A DNA stretch of 64,000 bases from Eutreptiella sp. 'Long Island Sound 2002' (GCA_964036045.1 OZ038378.1:146134001-146198000), one strand, 5' to 3'. Numbered from the stretch's first letter, positions 1 to 13,014 are shown. Program-made: numbers and translations. The notes: a model not told the origin generated them from the letters alone.

Positions 1-1168
1 CCAATCACCACCAACCGCCAACCGCCAATCACCACCAACCGCCAACCGCCAATCACCACCAACCGCCAACCGCCAATCACCACCAACCGCCAACCGCCAA
101 TCACCACCAACCGCCAACCGCCAATCACCACCAACCGCCAACCGCCAATCACCACCAACCGCCAACCGCCAATCACCACCAACCGCCAACCGCCAATCAC
201 CACCAACCGCCAACCGCCAATCACCACCAACCGCCAACCGCCAATCACCACCAACCGCCAACCGCCAATCACCACCAACCGCCAACCGCCAATCACCACC
301 AACCGCCAACCGCCAATCACCACCAACCGCCAACCGCCAATCACCACCAACCGCCAACCGCCAATCTCCACCAACCGCCAACCGCCAATCACCATCAACC
401 GCCAACCGCCAATCACCACCAACCGCCAACCGCCAATCACCACCAACCGCCAACCGCCAATCACCACCAACCGCCAACCGCCAATCACCACCAACCGCCA
501 ACCGCCAATCACCACCAACCGCCAACCGCCAATCACCACCAACCGCCAACCGCCAATCACCACCAACCGCCAACCGCCAATCACCACCAACCGCCAACCG
601 CCAATCACCACCAACCGCCAACCGCCAATCACCACCAACCGCCAACCGCCAATCACCACCAACCGCCAACCGCCAATCACCACCAACCGCCAACCGCCAA
701 TCACCACCAACCGCCAACCGCCAATCACCACCAACCGCCAACCGCCAATCACCACCACCCGCCAACCGCCAATCACCACCAACCGCCAACCGCCAATCAC
801 CACCAACCGCCAACCGCCAATCACCACCAACCGCCAACCGCCAATCTCCACCAACCGCCAACCGCCAATCACCACCAACCGCCAACCGCCAATCACCACC
901 AACCGCCAACCGCCAATCACCACCAACCGCCAACCGCCAATCACCACCAACCGCCAACCGCCAATCACCACCAACCGCCAACCGCCAATCACCACCAACC
1001 GCCAACCGCCAATCACCACCAACCGCCAACCGCCAATCACCACCAACCGCCAACCGCCAATCACCACCAACCGCCAACCGCCAATCACCACCAACCGCCA
1101 ACCGCCAATCACCACCAACCGCCAACCGCCAATCACCACCAACCGCCAACCGCCAATCACCACCAACC
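1..1168. repeat. 24-bp tandem satellite (CCAATCACCACCAACCGCCAACCG)n, ~48 units, truncated by the window start
   Basis: Near-perfect 24-bp periodicity read directly, with few variants (e.g. aatctcc at ~364 and ~844). Confidence 0.98.
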
Positions 1169-1257
1169 ATGGTTGAACACATCAGCTACATGCTGTCTTT
1201 TTGCAAAACTGCCGTTCAGGAACCATTTTTCTTCTTCTCTTAAGGATCCCCCTGAGG
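1169..1257. mobile_element. Right end of a MITE-like element whose interior is the AACCGCC satellite
   Basis: Satellite is followed by ATGGTTGAACAC...TTTTTGCAAAACTGC...TTAAGGATCCCCCTG. The short copy at 4096-4294 has the same layout: AACCGCC repeats, TTTTTGCAAA, TTAAGGAGCGCCCTG. Confidence 0.55.
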
Positions 1258-2461
1258 AGGGGATAGTTTGACCGTAACCCACTTGTGGTCAGGGCCTACG
1301 ATGACCGTAGGGGAGCGGGACGGACAGCAGCCGTGCAGTTGGGCCGGGATCCGCATTCCGTCGGTTCTGCGTCGTGCGTCGCGCGGCAGAGGGTGTACGT
1401 CCTGTGCGGCTTGGTGCCGGTGTCTTCCGCGCCTTGTGGTCGTGATGTGCCGCTGGTGACGGGAATCCCCACGTCCGACCAGCGCGTTCAGGCAAGTGCA
1501 AGTGTTGCGAACTGTTCTGCGCTGCGGGACGGGCCTTGCGCCCTCCCTCCAACTTCACGCCCCCCCTCCCCCCCCCAAAAGACGTGGGATGGCCGCCACC
1601 CCCCCCGACACGGAGCAGTGAGGCAGGGAAGGTCCCGGGGCTCCGTGGGCACCACCTCCCGAGGGAAGGCAAGGGTGACTGGGGGGGTGAGGGGGGGGGG
1701 GGCAGGCATAGGGAGAGGGGGGGGCGCACGAGGGGGTGAGAGGCCGATGGGCCCCCGCGCCGATGGAGGGAGAGGGCCCAAGGGAAGGGCGGTGAGTGGC
1801 GATCGGCCCATGGGCGCCGCAGACCAAAACACGCACCAAAGGCGTCATGCCGCACATCCCGAAGCGTCCGGGTGACCCACAGAGCGGCACCGGAGCTCCT
1901 GCGCACAACACAGGCCATCCCCCCCGCCCCCCAACGCCGGGGGGACAGAGATGCGCCCTCTACGCACACGCCAGACGGATCGCCGCACTCGTCTGCGTCT
2001 GGAACGGAGTTGGCGGCGCAGGGCGCGTGAGGGCAGGCGTGGCTGGGGCTGAGGGGCAGGGCCACGCCGGACATTTGGGACGCCCGGCCCCTGCACAGTG
2101 CACCCCCTCCCCCCCTTTGTTCCGCTCCCGTGCGCCGGGGCCTATCAGCCGCGAGGGTGGGGGGGGGGGGCGTGCCACCCGGTATTCAGGGCCGACGGGG
2201 GCACGGTCGTCGTTCTACGTCGAGCCATTCCGTGTGTTGTGCGGCGGTGCAAGGCCCCCGTTGTTTTGACCGCGTGGCACTGTCCCGCACATCGAGTGCC
2301 GTGGCCGGGGTGGCTGATGGATGCGTGCCGCGAAGTGCTGCGAGGGAGGCAGAGGCGCGCCGTGCCCATGAACGGTGGTTGACAGCTGCCGAGGCGACAA
2401 GGGAAAGCACGTTTGCCCCCCCCCCCCCCCCCCCCCCGCCGCCCTCCTGCGGTGCTCTCAG

Positions 2462-2721
2462 GCAGTGGGTTCTCCCTCCCCACGGAGGTCTGCATCGCGG
2501 AGTACTCCATGCGGCACGGGTTCGCCGACACGCCGTACCACCAGTTCATCCACCCGGGCTACATCCCCCCGCCGTGGGACGGCATGGCCGAGAAGATCTG
2601 CATGAAGTGCCCCCCAACGGGCATCCCCTTCCGGAACTTTGCCTTGGCGGACTACGACTACGAGGCGATCTGGGGACGCATTCGCGGTCTGCGCACCTCC
2701 GTCTGCCACCCCCTCATGTGA
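2462..2721 (+). CDS. Exon of plus-strand multi-exon gene of unknown function (SGFSLPTEVCIAEYSMRHGF...GLRTSVCHPL)
   Basis: CTCAG acceptor at 2460-2461 and strong C/G third-position bias. Ends at TGA 2719-2721 or at the AT|GTGAG donor after 2717. Confidence 0.65.
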
Positions 2722-2808
2722 GGGTCAGGGTCAGGGTCATCGAGCGGTGGAACCAGTCTTGGTTTTATTACCCCCTTTGGGGTCTAGGGGGGACCTACCA
2801 GGTTTAGC

Positions 2809-2809
<1 letters not shown>

Positions 2810-2839
<30 letters not shown>
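2810..2839. repeat. (CAG)n microsatellite
   Basis: Direct reading. Confidence 0.95.
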
Positions 2840-2841
<2 letters not shown>

Positions 2842-3243
2842 GCTCGCGCGAAATGGACAAACATCACAACTCGGTCCTGGTGCTTAGGATTCGGCTGAAA
2901 TTTTGGTGGATGATGTCTGTGGGTGTGAAGAACAATCACACAAAGTATGCGCCAGAAACTCAACGGCGGCGGCCGGGAACGGGTGTCGCGAGTGGCCGAC
3001 CATCAAAAACTGCAATTTAGGGCCAAAACCAGCCGTTCCCCCCCCCCAAAACCGCCGTAGAAGCTGTTCAAAACGACCAAAGGAAGGCAACTGGTGGCTA
3101 CTCTCCACATGCAGCTTGACTGTCCCGTGTCCAAGAGCCCTCTAGGGCCCTCTACTCCACGATATATCCGAGAAATGCCCCCAAATGCCCCCCCAAAACC
3201 CCCAGAACACATTGCCGTGCCCCCGCTTTCCTTCCGCATGCAG

Positions 3244-3416
3244 ACCTCATCCCGTCCGATGCGCTGGTCGTCGCGAAGGCCACCAAAACGGAGCTCGAGT
3301 GCTTCGAGTGGCTGGCGGCCCGCGCCGGTGCCCCGCAGCCGTACCGCATTCATGAGTACTGCGACGTGTTCCGCGTGTTCGCCCGCATGTGCGGCCGGGA
3401 GCTGTCCGAGGACCAG
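3244..3416 (+). CDS. Putative internal exon (DLIPSDALVVAKATKTELECFEWLAAR...MCGRELSEDQ)
   Basis: TGCAG acceptor, CAG|GT donor, GC3-rich open frame. Phase with the preceding exon is not resolved; an alternative in-frame acceptor lies near 3205. Confidence 0.6.
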
Positions 3417-4095
3417 GTCCTTTGCACGTGCCGGGCCCCTGAGGAGGTCGTCAGATTGGCAGGGCCGAGATGTACTCCGATCGGGTACACCCCCCGGTAC
3501 ATCAGATGCCACAGGGAACCCGCGGGAAAACGGACAAAACCGGTGGGAAACGGGGGAGAACGGGTGGGAAACGGGGTCGGGGGGGTCTGGGTGCAGCGCC
3601 GTGTGTCCCGTCGGGACGTTTGCCGGGTCCCTCGCAGCCCCGGATCGGGGGGCCCCATCGACTGCATTCCATCGGCCGTCCGTCGACCCCCAAAACGCCG
3701 CGCGGCCCGTGGGCGTTGCTCCACAGCCCCGGGGCTTGTTCGGCGGTGTTCCTCCCACTGACCCCCCCCCCCCCGTCCCGATGGCGGGGGGTCCGGTCCC
3801 ACATCACCGCCCCCCCCCGCCCCACAAAAAAAAAGGACTGGGCCGGTGTCAAGCGTCGCCTGCGCCCCCCCCCCCCGCGATGTGCGTGCGACTCCCGACG
3901 ACTCGTGGCCGGGCCGTGGTGACGCCCCCCCCCCCCCCCCCCCCCAAACACACACACACATGTGTTGTCGCCCGGTTGCAGTCCGGCCTCTGGTGCATTG
4001 GGCATGGGGCAGACTGTGCTAAAGATGAAGTTGAATAAAATAGAATCCAAAAGAATGAAGTAGAATCGAATGCAGTAAAAGACAAGAAACTAATG

Positions 4096-4294
4096 GGGGG
4101 GCTTTAAGGAACCCATTTTTTGCCCTAAGGGCCGCCCCCATGGACCACCAACCGCCAACCACCAACGCCGCCAACCGCCAACCGCCAACCGCCAACCGCC
4201 AACTGCCACCAACCCTGGTTTAACGTGTGAGCCACCTGCGGTATTTTTGCAAACCTGCGGCCTTGGACCCCCCCCCCCCTTAAGGAGCGCCCTG
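4096..4294. mobile_element. Short MITE-like element containing AACCGCC repeats
   Basis: Ends GGGGGCTTTAAGGA ... TTAAGGAGCGCCCTG are roughly inverted; internal (AACCGCC)n. Confidence 0.55.
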
Positions 4295-4532
4295 GTGCCC
4301 TGGCAGTACCCCCCCCCCCACCCCCATCCCCCGCACGCAGCATGACACGCTGGACCCAAGAGGTCGGGGTGCGAAAGATGCGGAGGACGCCCTTTGGGGG
4401 GCACCAGCTTGTGCAGGTACGTGGGTGTGTATGGTCTTGAGGAGGGCGGGTAGAGGCTGAGTGGGTTTGGTGTGGGAGGCGGAGGGGTGTGCGGATGGGG
4501 CCTGGTGATCCATCCTCCGCCTGAGGGCCCAG

Positions 4533-4568
4533 ACGATGCGCTGCAAGAACAACCGCTGCCAAGGCCAT
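4533..4568 (+). CDS. Putative micro-exon TMRCKNNRCQGH
   Basis: CCCAG acceptor and CAT|GT donor. Phase 0/0 fits the exons at 3244-3416 and 6099-6344. Confidence 0.4.
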
Positions 4569-4716
4569 GTGGGAGGGGCGGGGGGTACTGCCAGCGATTG
4601 AGGTGCCCCCTCCCCCAGTGGAGGGCTTCCTCGAAGGGCGCACACGCACGTACACGGGGAAGTACCAACGGTTTGTGCGTCAACCACCACGACCACCGAG
4701 AGTGGAAGGCCATTCC

Positions 4717-5060
4717 ATTTCGTTTCGTTTGGGTTCTTTTTGTTTGATTTCGTTTTTTTTGGTTTCATTTCATTTTGTTTCGTTCCATTTCGTTTTGTTT
4801 TGTTTTGTTTCGTTTCATTTTGTTTCGTTTCATTTCGTTTTGTTTGGTTTCATTTCGTTTTGTTTCGTTCCATTTCGTTTCATTTTGTTTTGTTTCGTTT
4901 CATTTTGTTTCGTTTCATTTCGTTTTGTTTCGTTTCATTTCGTTTTGTTTCGTTCCATTTCGTTTCGTTTCATTTTGTTTCGTTTCATTTTGTTTCGTTT
5001 CATTTCGTTTTGTTTCGTTTCATTTCGTTTTGTTTCATTTCGTTTCATTTTGTTCCGTTT
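4717..5060. repeat. Degenerate pentamer microsatellite (TTTCG/TTTCA/TTTTG)n
   Basis: Direct reading; explains the spurious F-rich ORFs. Confidence 0.95.
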
Positions 5061-5295
5061 CTTATGTCGTATTGCACTGTATTTCATCGTTAAGGCACTG
5101 TGCCCCATGCCCCAGCGGCACACTCCCTCCGCATTGATGGCACCCCCCCCCCCCTCCAACACGCACACTCCCTGACACCGCAAAAGGGAGTCCCGCTTTC
5201 AGGCGCGCCCCGTCCAGGGCCGCCCAGGGCCCAGGGACAGCGTCATGGACCACCGGGGGGGGGGGGGGGGTTGGCACAAGGCCTCGGTATCTGAT

Positions 5296-5385
5296 TGTGT
5301 GCCTTTGGCGGCGCCTATTGGCCTCTCGCCACTGCTCATTCTGACCCTTTGTGGACCCGAACGTGTTTTGGTTGTGTCCCCCGGG
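5296..5385 (+). repeat. Dispersed repeat (GCCTTTGGCGGCGCCTATTGGCCTCTC...); second copy at ~15098-15200
   Basis: Two clearly homologous copies in the window. Confidence 0.8.
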
Positions 5386-5949
5386 GGGGGGGGGCGTCGC
5401 TACCGGGTGCCAGGGCAACCCCTGCTCCACCGGCATCAGGTGGGGGGTGTCTCCCGCAGCCCAGATGGGCTGTTTGCGCAACAGAAGCGGGAGCCCATCA
5501 GGGGCAGACCAGCCGTGAGAGGGAAAAGGACATATGGTGAACGGCTGGGACAGCGCGTGGAGGAACAGGGCACCTGGGCCGCACAGAAACACAGCGAGGC
5601 AGGCTACGGACGGCCTGTGGACAGAGGTGTGTGGACAGCAAAAACAGTCAAACGACCCCGGCAGCAACCAGCACATCCTCAATACGCCAACTACTGGGCG
5701 CCGCTGACGCTCAAACGGCACAGCCCGCCACATTCAGCAACAGCCCCAACACACCAACTACTGGGCTCCGCGAACGCGGAAACAACACCAGCAGGAGCAC
5801 TGGCCGCGGCAGCCGACAGAAAGCAGCGACCCGACGCAACATGCGAAGGGAAGACCGGGTGACTGTCCAGGGCCCCGTAAAGAAACAACAACGCGACGGA
5901 ATGCCACATGGGGGGGGGGGGAGGAGGTGGGACGTGCCGGTCATGTTTC

Positions 5950-6035
5950 TGCTTTTGCGCGAATTTTTTGTACCCCTCCTCCGGGGGTACCCCTCGAAAC
6001 AAAAGCCGTACGCCGGTAACAGGAATTCTTTTTCC
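5950..6035. repeat. Dispersed GGGGTACCCC-containing repeat family; further copies at ~54300-54415 and ~55545-55665
   Basis: Shared motifs GGGGGTACCCC, CCGGCGTAC/GTACGCCGG and AAAAATTC; this copy is inverted relative to the other two. Confidence 0.7.
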
Positions 6036-6098
6036 ACCCCCCCCCCCGCCCCCCCCCCCCCCCGGCCCCTGGTCATGGCCCCGCCGCCGCCTCCTCAG

Positions 6099-6344
6099 AT
6101 GGTGCGGCTGCAGAGGGCCCCCGCCGCGTACCAGTTCCCGGACTGCCGCTGTGACTACCACGTGCACCTCCTGGACGCCGACCCGGACGACGGCCCGGCG
6201 TACCACTGCGCGCGCCTCGACTGCATGTCCTACTGCTACGCCCTCAACGCCGTCGCCGCCCACCACTTCCCCGACCTCGTGCCCCACCGCCCCCTCGTCC
6301 TGCAGGCCCCCCTGCCCCCCGCCCCCGCCCCGGACCCCACGTGA
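6099..6344 (+). CDS. Putative terminal exon, Cys/His-rich (MVRLQRAPAAYQFPDCRCDYHVHLL...YHCARLDCMSYC...PDPT*)
   Basis: CCTCAG acceptor, extreme GC3 bias, TGA at 6342-6344. Confidence 0.65.
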   Translation: MVRLQRAPAAYQFPDCRCDYHVHLLDADPDDGPAYHCARLDCMSYCYALNAVAAHHFPDLVPHRPLVLQAPLPPAPAPDPT

Positions 6345-7174
6345 CCCCCCCCCCCCCGCATTGCCTCCAACGCCCTGTCGGAGCCCGCCCGCCCCGTGGC
6401 AGGCCCGTCCTGTGCCCTTGGGGGGGGGCACAGGCCCCACAGCCGATGGGGCCCCAGTCACGCCACCCCCCCCCCCCCCATTCCCCGAGGGCCTGGAGGG
6501 GGGTACCCCCCCCCTGCGGGCCTGGGGTGGACCGTTTTGGATTTTTTTTTTCGAGTTTTGGGAATTTTGTGCAATTTTTTTCCCCCTAAAAATTCCCACA
6601 CGAGAATTTCCAAAACATTCCACAAAGACCGCACGGCCGTGGCAGAGGGCCCGCGCTGAAGATGACTGCCGAATGGGTCCTTCGAGGCGGGGGGCAAGCG
6701 ACGGGTTTGGCTCTGTGACGACACCGAACAGGGCCCCTCCGGTCCACCGCGGCCGCGCCGCCGCTACGGACTACCGGTGGGCGACCGCCGTCCGCTCCCG
6801 CGTCACGACCGGCGGTGTGCGGGGGGGGTACCCCAACCCCACGACCCCCGTGCCCCACGGCGCTTGCGGAGGGGGCACAGCCCCGGGCCGTCCCCGGCGC
6901 TGAGCCCTGCCCTGAGGCACTGGGACGATGCGTGGATGGGCGGCAGGTGGTTTGGGACCCCACCGCATGGCCCTCAGCCGGAGATGTGGTGTGGGACCGG
7001 GTCCTCCCCCCCCTCCCTCTCCCCCGCGGGGGCGGGCGGGGGGGCTGGGGGACTCCGGCCACAGTTGTTTGCCAAAGGTTCCGGCCTCGGGGTCCATGCA
7101 CGCCAGAAGGCGCCCGAAGGAAAATTATGCGCGTGGCTGCCTGCAGCCAAAGCATTGCTCTGCATTTTGTACCC

Positions 7175-7270
7175 AGCACTAACCCTCACCCCAACCCTGA
7201 CCCCCACACTGACCCCACCCTAATCAAGACTGACTACTGGGACCACGCTGATGGGGGAGGGATCATCAGG
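7175..7270 (+). repeat. Telomere-like (TAACCC-degenerate) repeat joined to a conserved TAATCAAGACTG... motif
   Basis: Homologous to 26150-26250 (+) and 30825-30900 (-). Confidence 0.7.
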
Positions 7271-7899
7271 TGCACCAATAAACGGGGCTCGACAAGGAGG
7301 GTCTGTGGTAAAACGCAGTAAAAACAGTTTTTAATGGATTTTTTTGCTATGTTCTGCAAGTTAATGACAAACAGTTGTTGCTCAGTTTTACCTCTGCGGG
7401 TGGGTTTTGCACTGAGCCTCAAAAGTTTATAAAAAAAACTTTATTCTACTGAGTAAAAAACTTTAGTAAATATTTCTTCGGCTAATGTACGGAAAGTCAA
7501 CACCACATCATTTCCTCCCCACGTTGGGGACCCCCAAGACAGCAGGGGTTATTTGAGAAAGTGCCTCTCAGGGTTCTTCATGGCGTCTTGCTGGGGGATC
7601 TTGCAGTGGCTTGGACCGTTCATGGGGTCCCTCAACAAACACGTGTGGGCAAAATGGCTCCATAAACCTTGCCGTCTTGGGGGTCCCCTGAATGGGGACA
7701 AAGTCAAAAAGTGCCTATGGAACCCTCACCGTCTTCGGGGCCCACATGTGTGCACCACCCTTGGTGCCCATGGGGCAAGGGGGTGTCGGCAGTGCGGGAA
7801 CACGGTGCATGTGTTCCCCTTTATCACCACAATGGTGTCCAAGGCAATGCAGAGCAGTCTAAGGCAACGAAGGAAGTAATACTCCAAAAGTATGTCAAA

Positions 7900-8600
7900 A
7901 AAAAACCCACTTCCAAGGCTGAGTTTGCGGTGTTTTCACCCCCAAAATGGGTCGTTGGGCCAACTACTTACCCACATGCCCCCACTAAAGGACCCATCCT
8001 GAAGAATCTAGGGGTCAAAGATGGTTGAAAGGTCACTGATAACAGCCCAAACCTGACTGGGCTCGCATTTGGAAAAATGTGTTTTTGACCCCCTTTTGCC
8101 CCCTTTTCAGTACCAAAATGGCCCTTTCCACCCCTTTTTTGGGAACCTGCATGGCGTAATATGCGCCAAAATGGCTCAAAACAGCCCCGAACCACTTGTT
8201 TGAGCACCCGAAGTGGTGTGGTAACAGCTTCGGAAAAACAAACATCTTGCGCTCTGCGGCGCAAATAGGGCATTGTTGGGTGTTGGCGGGGCCGAAATAG
8301 CTTGTAAACGCTCCCATTCATAATTTCTTATCACCACAAAGGTGCCCAATGCAATATATGGCAATCAAACCCGGCAAAGAAAGGTGGAAGGTCATTTCAA
8401 AGCTGATTTTGGCCATTTTGGGGCATCCAATTGGCTTTGTGGGAGCTTGCATGGGCTAATACGGGTCGGAAACCGCTCAAAACAGCCCAAAACCACTCGT
8501 TTGAGTACCCCAAGTGGCCGAGGAACCAGTTTGGAATAAATCAGTGTGGACCCCTTTTTGATCCACATTTGACCCCCCAACTAACCAACCCCAGCACATG
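7900..8600. repeat. Dispersed repeat family with internal GCTCAAAACAGCCC...CCACTTGTTTGAGCACCC subunits; related copies at ~29950-30480 and ~61560-61900
   Basis: Recurrent motifs seen by eye in three regions. Confidence 0.6.
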
Positions 8601-10199
8601 CGCAATTGCCACTCCACAGCCACTACACAGTGCCCCAGGGTCTTTGTTCATCATCTAGATTGCTTCCAGTGCAAATGGCCCCCTCCACGAACATCGTGGG
8701 CACCCCAAATGCGCCAAAATCGCCATCTTTTGACATATTTTGAAATCATGTGCCGCTTGCAACCACCGTTCCTGGCTGCCACTATTGAGTTTCTTGCTCC
8801 GGCTCCTGTAGGAATCATCCACCAAATTTTTGGTCGCGGTGGAATTCTCATTTTGGCCCATTTCACGCGTGCTGGCCTGTGCTGCTGCTTGCTGCTGCTG
8901 CTGCTGCTACAAGGTGTGGCTCCACCTTGCACTCTAAAGAGGGTTGTAAGGCCTAACTGATTCGGCCAGCTCGGTGACCCTAACCTGACCTTAGGATCCC
9001 GTGGGAGTGAAATTCCCTCGGGACTCTCGTCGCCCGTACGCCCCGAAGGGAAGCGGGACAGGATGACTTGGGCAGAGTTGGCCTTGGGGACTTGTTTCGA
9101 CGGCATCCCGTCCCTCTTGTACAGCATTGCGAGGGCTCCAAATACGGACAGCCCAACAACAGCCGTTCCTTTTCAAGCCGAGAAAAGCAGACCTGCCCCA
9201 ATGCCACTGTGCGCTACCCATTCACCTCACCACCGCCGCCCAAACACCCGCATTCACCTCAGCACCGTCCTCCGAACACCAGCAATCACCTCACCACCGC
9301 CCCCAAAACCCGGCAGTCTCTGTGCTGCAGTTGCTCAACCCGCATGTCGGATCTTTTTCTTTGTTACACTGGCCTTTGGGACCAATCGCTTGCTCAGCAA
9401 ACACCTGTGCAACTCCCAAAGCGGCAAGCCTTATTCTCAGCGTGACTTCAAGTCCACTCCCCTGCGACGACATCATTATGCAATGTACTGCGGTGCCCAC
9501 GACAAAGTGCTTTCTGTGTTGAACGTGATGGAAAGTTGTCCATAGACTCCGTGTGTGTAAATACATGTTCGCTGTTCAAGCGTTTGGACGATAGACAACC
9601 CTTCCGCACATCCGAAACACATCCCAGTCTGCATTGTTGTGGTTTGACACATACAAACGAGCGTTGTGAAGGCTTGCCGAGGGGTGTGGCTGAATAAGCA
9701 GCAGCAGAAGGGCATTGCCCAGCCACTTTTGATACAAAGTCCTATTTTGTCCCGATGACAACGGATGTCGTTGGTGAAGGTTTGGCGAGGGTTGTATGAT
9801 GTTTGTGTGGCCAACTGTTGCACGGCGATGTCCCGCGCCCCACGCACAAAGTTGCCCGAAGAAGGAATGCAGTTAGTGGAACGGAGTGGCTGCACAAACA
9901 TGGCTGCGATGCTTTGTGTGATTGCGCAGCACCGTGTGTCTGCACCAAGCGGCCCGGTTGAAGCGCAGGGCATGGTTTTGCTTTGCCGGTCGTGACTCGT
10001 CGCGGCCACACCATCAGGCGCCGGGAAGGCAAAATGAAGTTCAAGGGCCACGGGGGATGGGTACATGCGGTGGCAGGAGGGATGAAAGCCCATACCAATG
10101 TGCACAAGCACACACAATAGCAATGATGAGCCACGTGCGGATGCATCGACGTTTGTACGCCGGGTTTTGCCCAACAGCCGTGATCATTTTTTAATGAAA

Positions 10200-10460
10200 T
10201 GAATAAAGCATGATGTCACTCCCACAAGTGTGGGTGTCAATACATTCACAACAATAGTGCTCCTTACGCTCTCCACAAACTGTGATGGTGGAGCGCTTGT
10301 GACGACACACCGCACAACCTTCTGCCATTGCACGCAGTTTTTCTTGACCTGCTCCCAAGACAGACGAGTGAAATACCGAACTTTAGGAGACGGCAACGCA
10401 TTGCATGTTGCACGTTTGGTTGGGACAGCCGCCCTTCCAGGCACGACTCATGCATAGTGC
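10200..10460 (-). pseudogene. Decayed Cys-rich transposase C-terminal fragment; paralogous to 49780-49900
   Basis: Nucleotide homology to ~49800-49900. Minus-strand translation CAVCRHKRSTITVCGERKEHYCCECIDTHTC. Confidence 0.45.
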
Positions 10461-12513
10461 CCAGGCACATCTGTGGTGGACGATGGGGGGGAGTAACATG
10501 ATTGGGTGGGGAGTGGCAAAGTGAAAGTGGTGGGTGTGGACAGAGTTGGGGATGCACAGGGGATATCTGTTTGCAGACGTTGGAGCAAGGGTGTGTGGAG
10601 CAGGTGGCATTGTGTAGGAGGCAATTGAGAGTTGTGTGTGGGGGGGGGGGGGGGTGGCGAGGGGGGGAGGGGGGCGCTATGGGTGTGCGGGTGACGGGGC
10701 GGTGCAAACACGAATCTGTTCCTATCGAAAGCTGCGTCGATCCACTCGCGATCCACTCAGGCTTTGGCCATCGCTCAAACCCCAAAGCCTGCAACACAGG
10801 GGCGCAGCCTTGCAGTGACAAGTGCCATGGTCCAGCTGACTGCCACTGCCACAGTCCCGTTGGGGGAACCATCGTCTGGTGACAGTTCCGCCCGGGGGGG
10901 GGGGGGGGGCGTCGTCCCTGGGCAGGGGGATGGACATGGAGAGGGCTGGGGCACTGACGAGGATTTTGTTGTGCTGACGTGTGCTTGTACCCTGTGACCT
11001 GCACACACTGCGCCTCTGTACGGGGGGGTACTGAAACTCTGTACACACCCCTGCAGGAATGTCATGTCAGGATTGGCAACAGGTGCATTATGCTGCTCTA
11101 TAGGAACAGGGCGACTGCTGTAAATGGTGCCTGTGTAGGATGGGGGTACTAGTGTCCACACCGCACGGGCGTCTCCTGTGTGGTGAGGCGGGCCCATGTG
11201 CGGTGGTTGCACTGAGTTGGTGGGTGAATGCCTGGCAGGGACAGTGGGATGTGACCGTGCAGCACCTTGGCCCAATGTGTGCACCGCATGCGCGGTGTTC
11301 GAAACAAAGCGCTATGCGTCCAGTCCACGCGAGACTTCCCAACAGCATTGCAGACGAAGGCACTCCAAAAGTGTGATGGCATCATTCAAATGACCTTGGG
11401 GCACAACAACGGCTGCTGATCCATGCAGCACCTGGACAAATGGCATTCGGCAGAGGGTGAGAGAGCACGCTCTTGTGCTTCTCATCACCAGATCCCGTGT
11501 TGATGCGACTGTCCCTCTTACTTGTTCCCACGGGGGAGGGGGGGGCGGGGCAGTCGGGCCCAGTCCTTGTATGCGACCCCCCCCCCCAGACCCCCCCCCC
11601 TTTGGGTTTTGAAAGATAGCAGTGTGACGGGCAGGACCATAGTTGACCATATGACCATATGACCATATGACAAACAAAGTATACCCCCCCCCTATTTCGA
11701 GGTCGCTTGTTACGAATTTGAGGTCGCCACGTCACGATATGGGCGTATATTAACGAGTTTTTCAAATTCCTAACGAGTGCGTTTTTAACGTGTATTCGTA
11801 GAATTACTCGAACATATCGTCATATTTTTGAATTCTGAGTTGATATTCGTACTCAGCGACCCAAAATTAGTATATGGGGATACCTGACTTATCAGATTTT
11901 GATAGGTACCCGTGTTTTTCCGGGGGTGGCCAAAATGGCCATCTGGGGGCTGTGTGCAAATCCTACCGGGATGTGACGGGCAGGACCATAGTTGGTCTCA
12001 CTTGGGCCGGAAAACGCCCCCCCCCCCCCCCCCGAGATTTCTGGCACCCATTGCCTGGGAATACCCAAGCCGATGCTACCCTATCCTTTTGGTGAGGGCC
12101 GCTGCGTGAGTTGGGCTGCGTGGGCAGCGTAACCCCCCCCCCCCCCCCCCCCGGCAGAGCTGGGGCCGCCGGAAATGCCAGACACATCCGACACAGACTC
12201 CAATGACTTGGGGGGATCACAGATATCGGAGGAAGAAGGCAGTGAAGTGATGCGCGTAAAGGACAGACGACCATTTGGTTGTAGGTCGCTTGCTGCTCGC
12301 CTTGACCACGTGGGTGTGGTGAGGGCCGGGGGAGGGCCGGGTGAGGGTTGGTTAAGGGTTGGGAGGGGTTCCGCTGACCCAAACAGCCCATGACGCATTC
12401 GATTGTGGCGCTCTGGCGGTGAATTCAAGGCGACATTCGGCACTGTTCTGGGAGCGATGACCATATGCCTGTGACACGGGGTTGGGCCCCTGACCCCCGT
12501 TCCCCCGCCTTGA

Positions 12514-12713
12514 NNNNNNNNNNNNNNNNNNNNNNNNNNNNNNNNNNNNNNNNNNNNNNNNNNNNNNNNNNNNNNNNNNNNNNNNNNNNNNNNNNNNNNN
12601 NNNNNNNNNNNNNNNNNNNNNNNNNNNNNNNNNNNNNNNNNNNNNNNNNNNNNNNNNNNNNNNNNNNNNNNNNNNNNNNNNNNNNNNNNNNNNNNNNNNN
12701 NNNNNNNNNNNNN
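12514..12713. other. Assembly gap (200 N)
   Basis: Run of n. Confidence 1.
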
Positions 12714-13014
12714 GGGGGATTCGAACAGGTCACCCCCCCTTGCCTCAAAATGATCCTCTCGTCGCACTGATCATTTTGAACACAGATATGTGGGGTTTTT
12801 GAGAAAAAGGGTTCTCCCCCTTGTGGGGTCCAGACCCAGCAGCCAGGTTTGAGAGGCTGGAGGGGGTAGGTCAGGAAAAAAAAACTTCATGTTTTGCATA
12901 CATATGCGGATTCCCCATCAAATTCTGGGCACTTTGAGCATACACACATGAGTTAAAAGCGAAATTCTATTGCCTTCGGCAGTGCACCTCGAAGAGAGGC
13001 TGACAGTCACCCAA

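Noticed and set aside
1-1168. Satellite as a telomere or CRISPR array
   Set aside because: The unit is not TTAGGG, there are no unique spacers, and it is embedded in a MITE-like context.
2458-2709. Minus-strand ORFs opposite GC3-rich exons (also 13980-14357, 20150-20668, 25119-25520, 45425-45670)
   Set aside because: Antisense shadows of real coding exons.
4567-5183. F/R/V-rich and K/N/E-rich ORFs
   Set aside because: Translation of the pentamer microsatellite.
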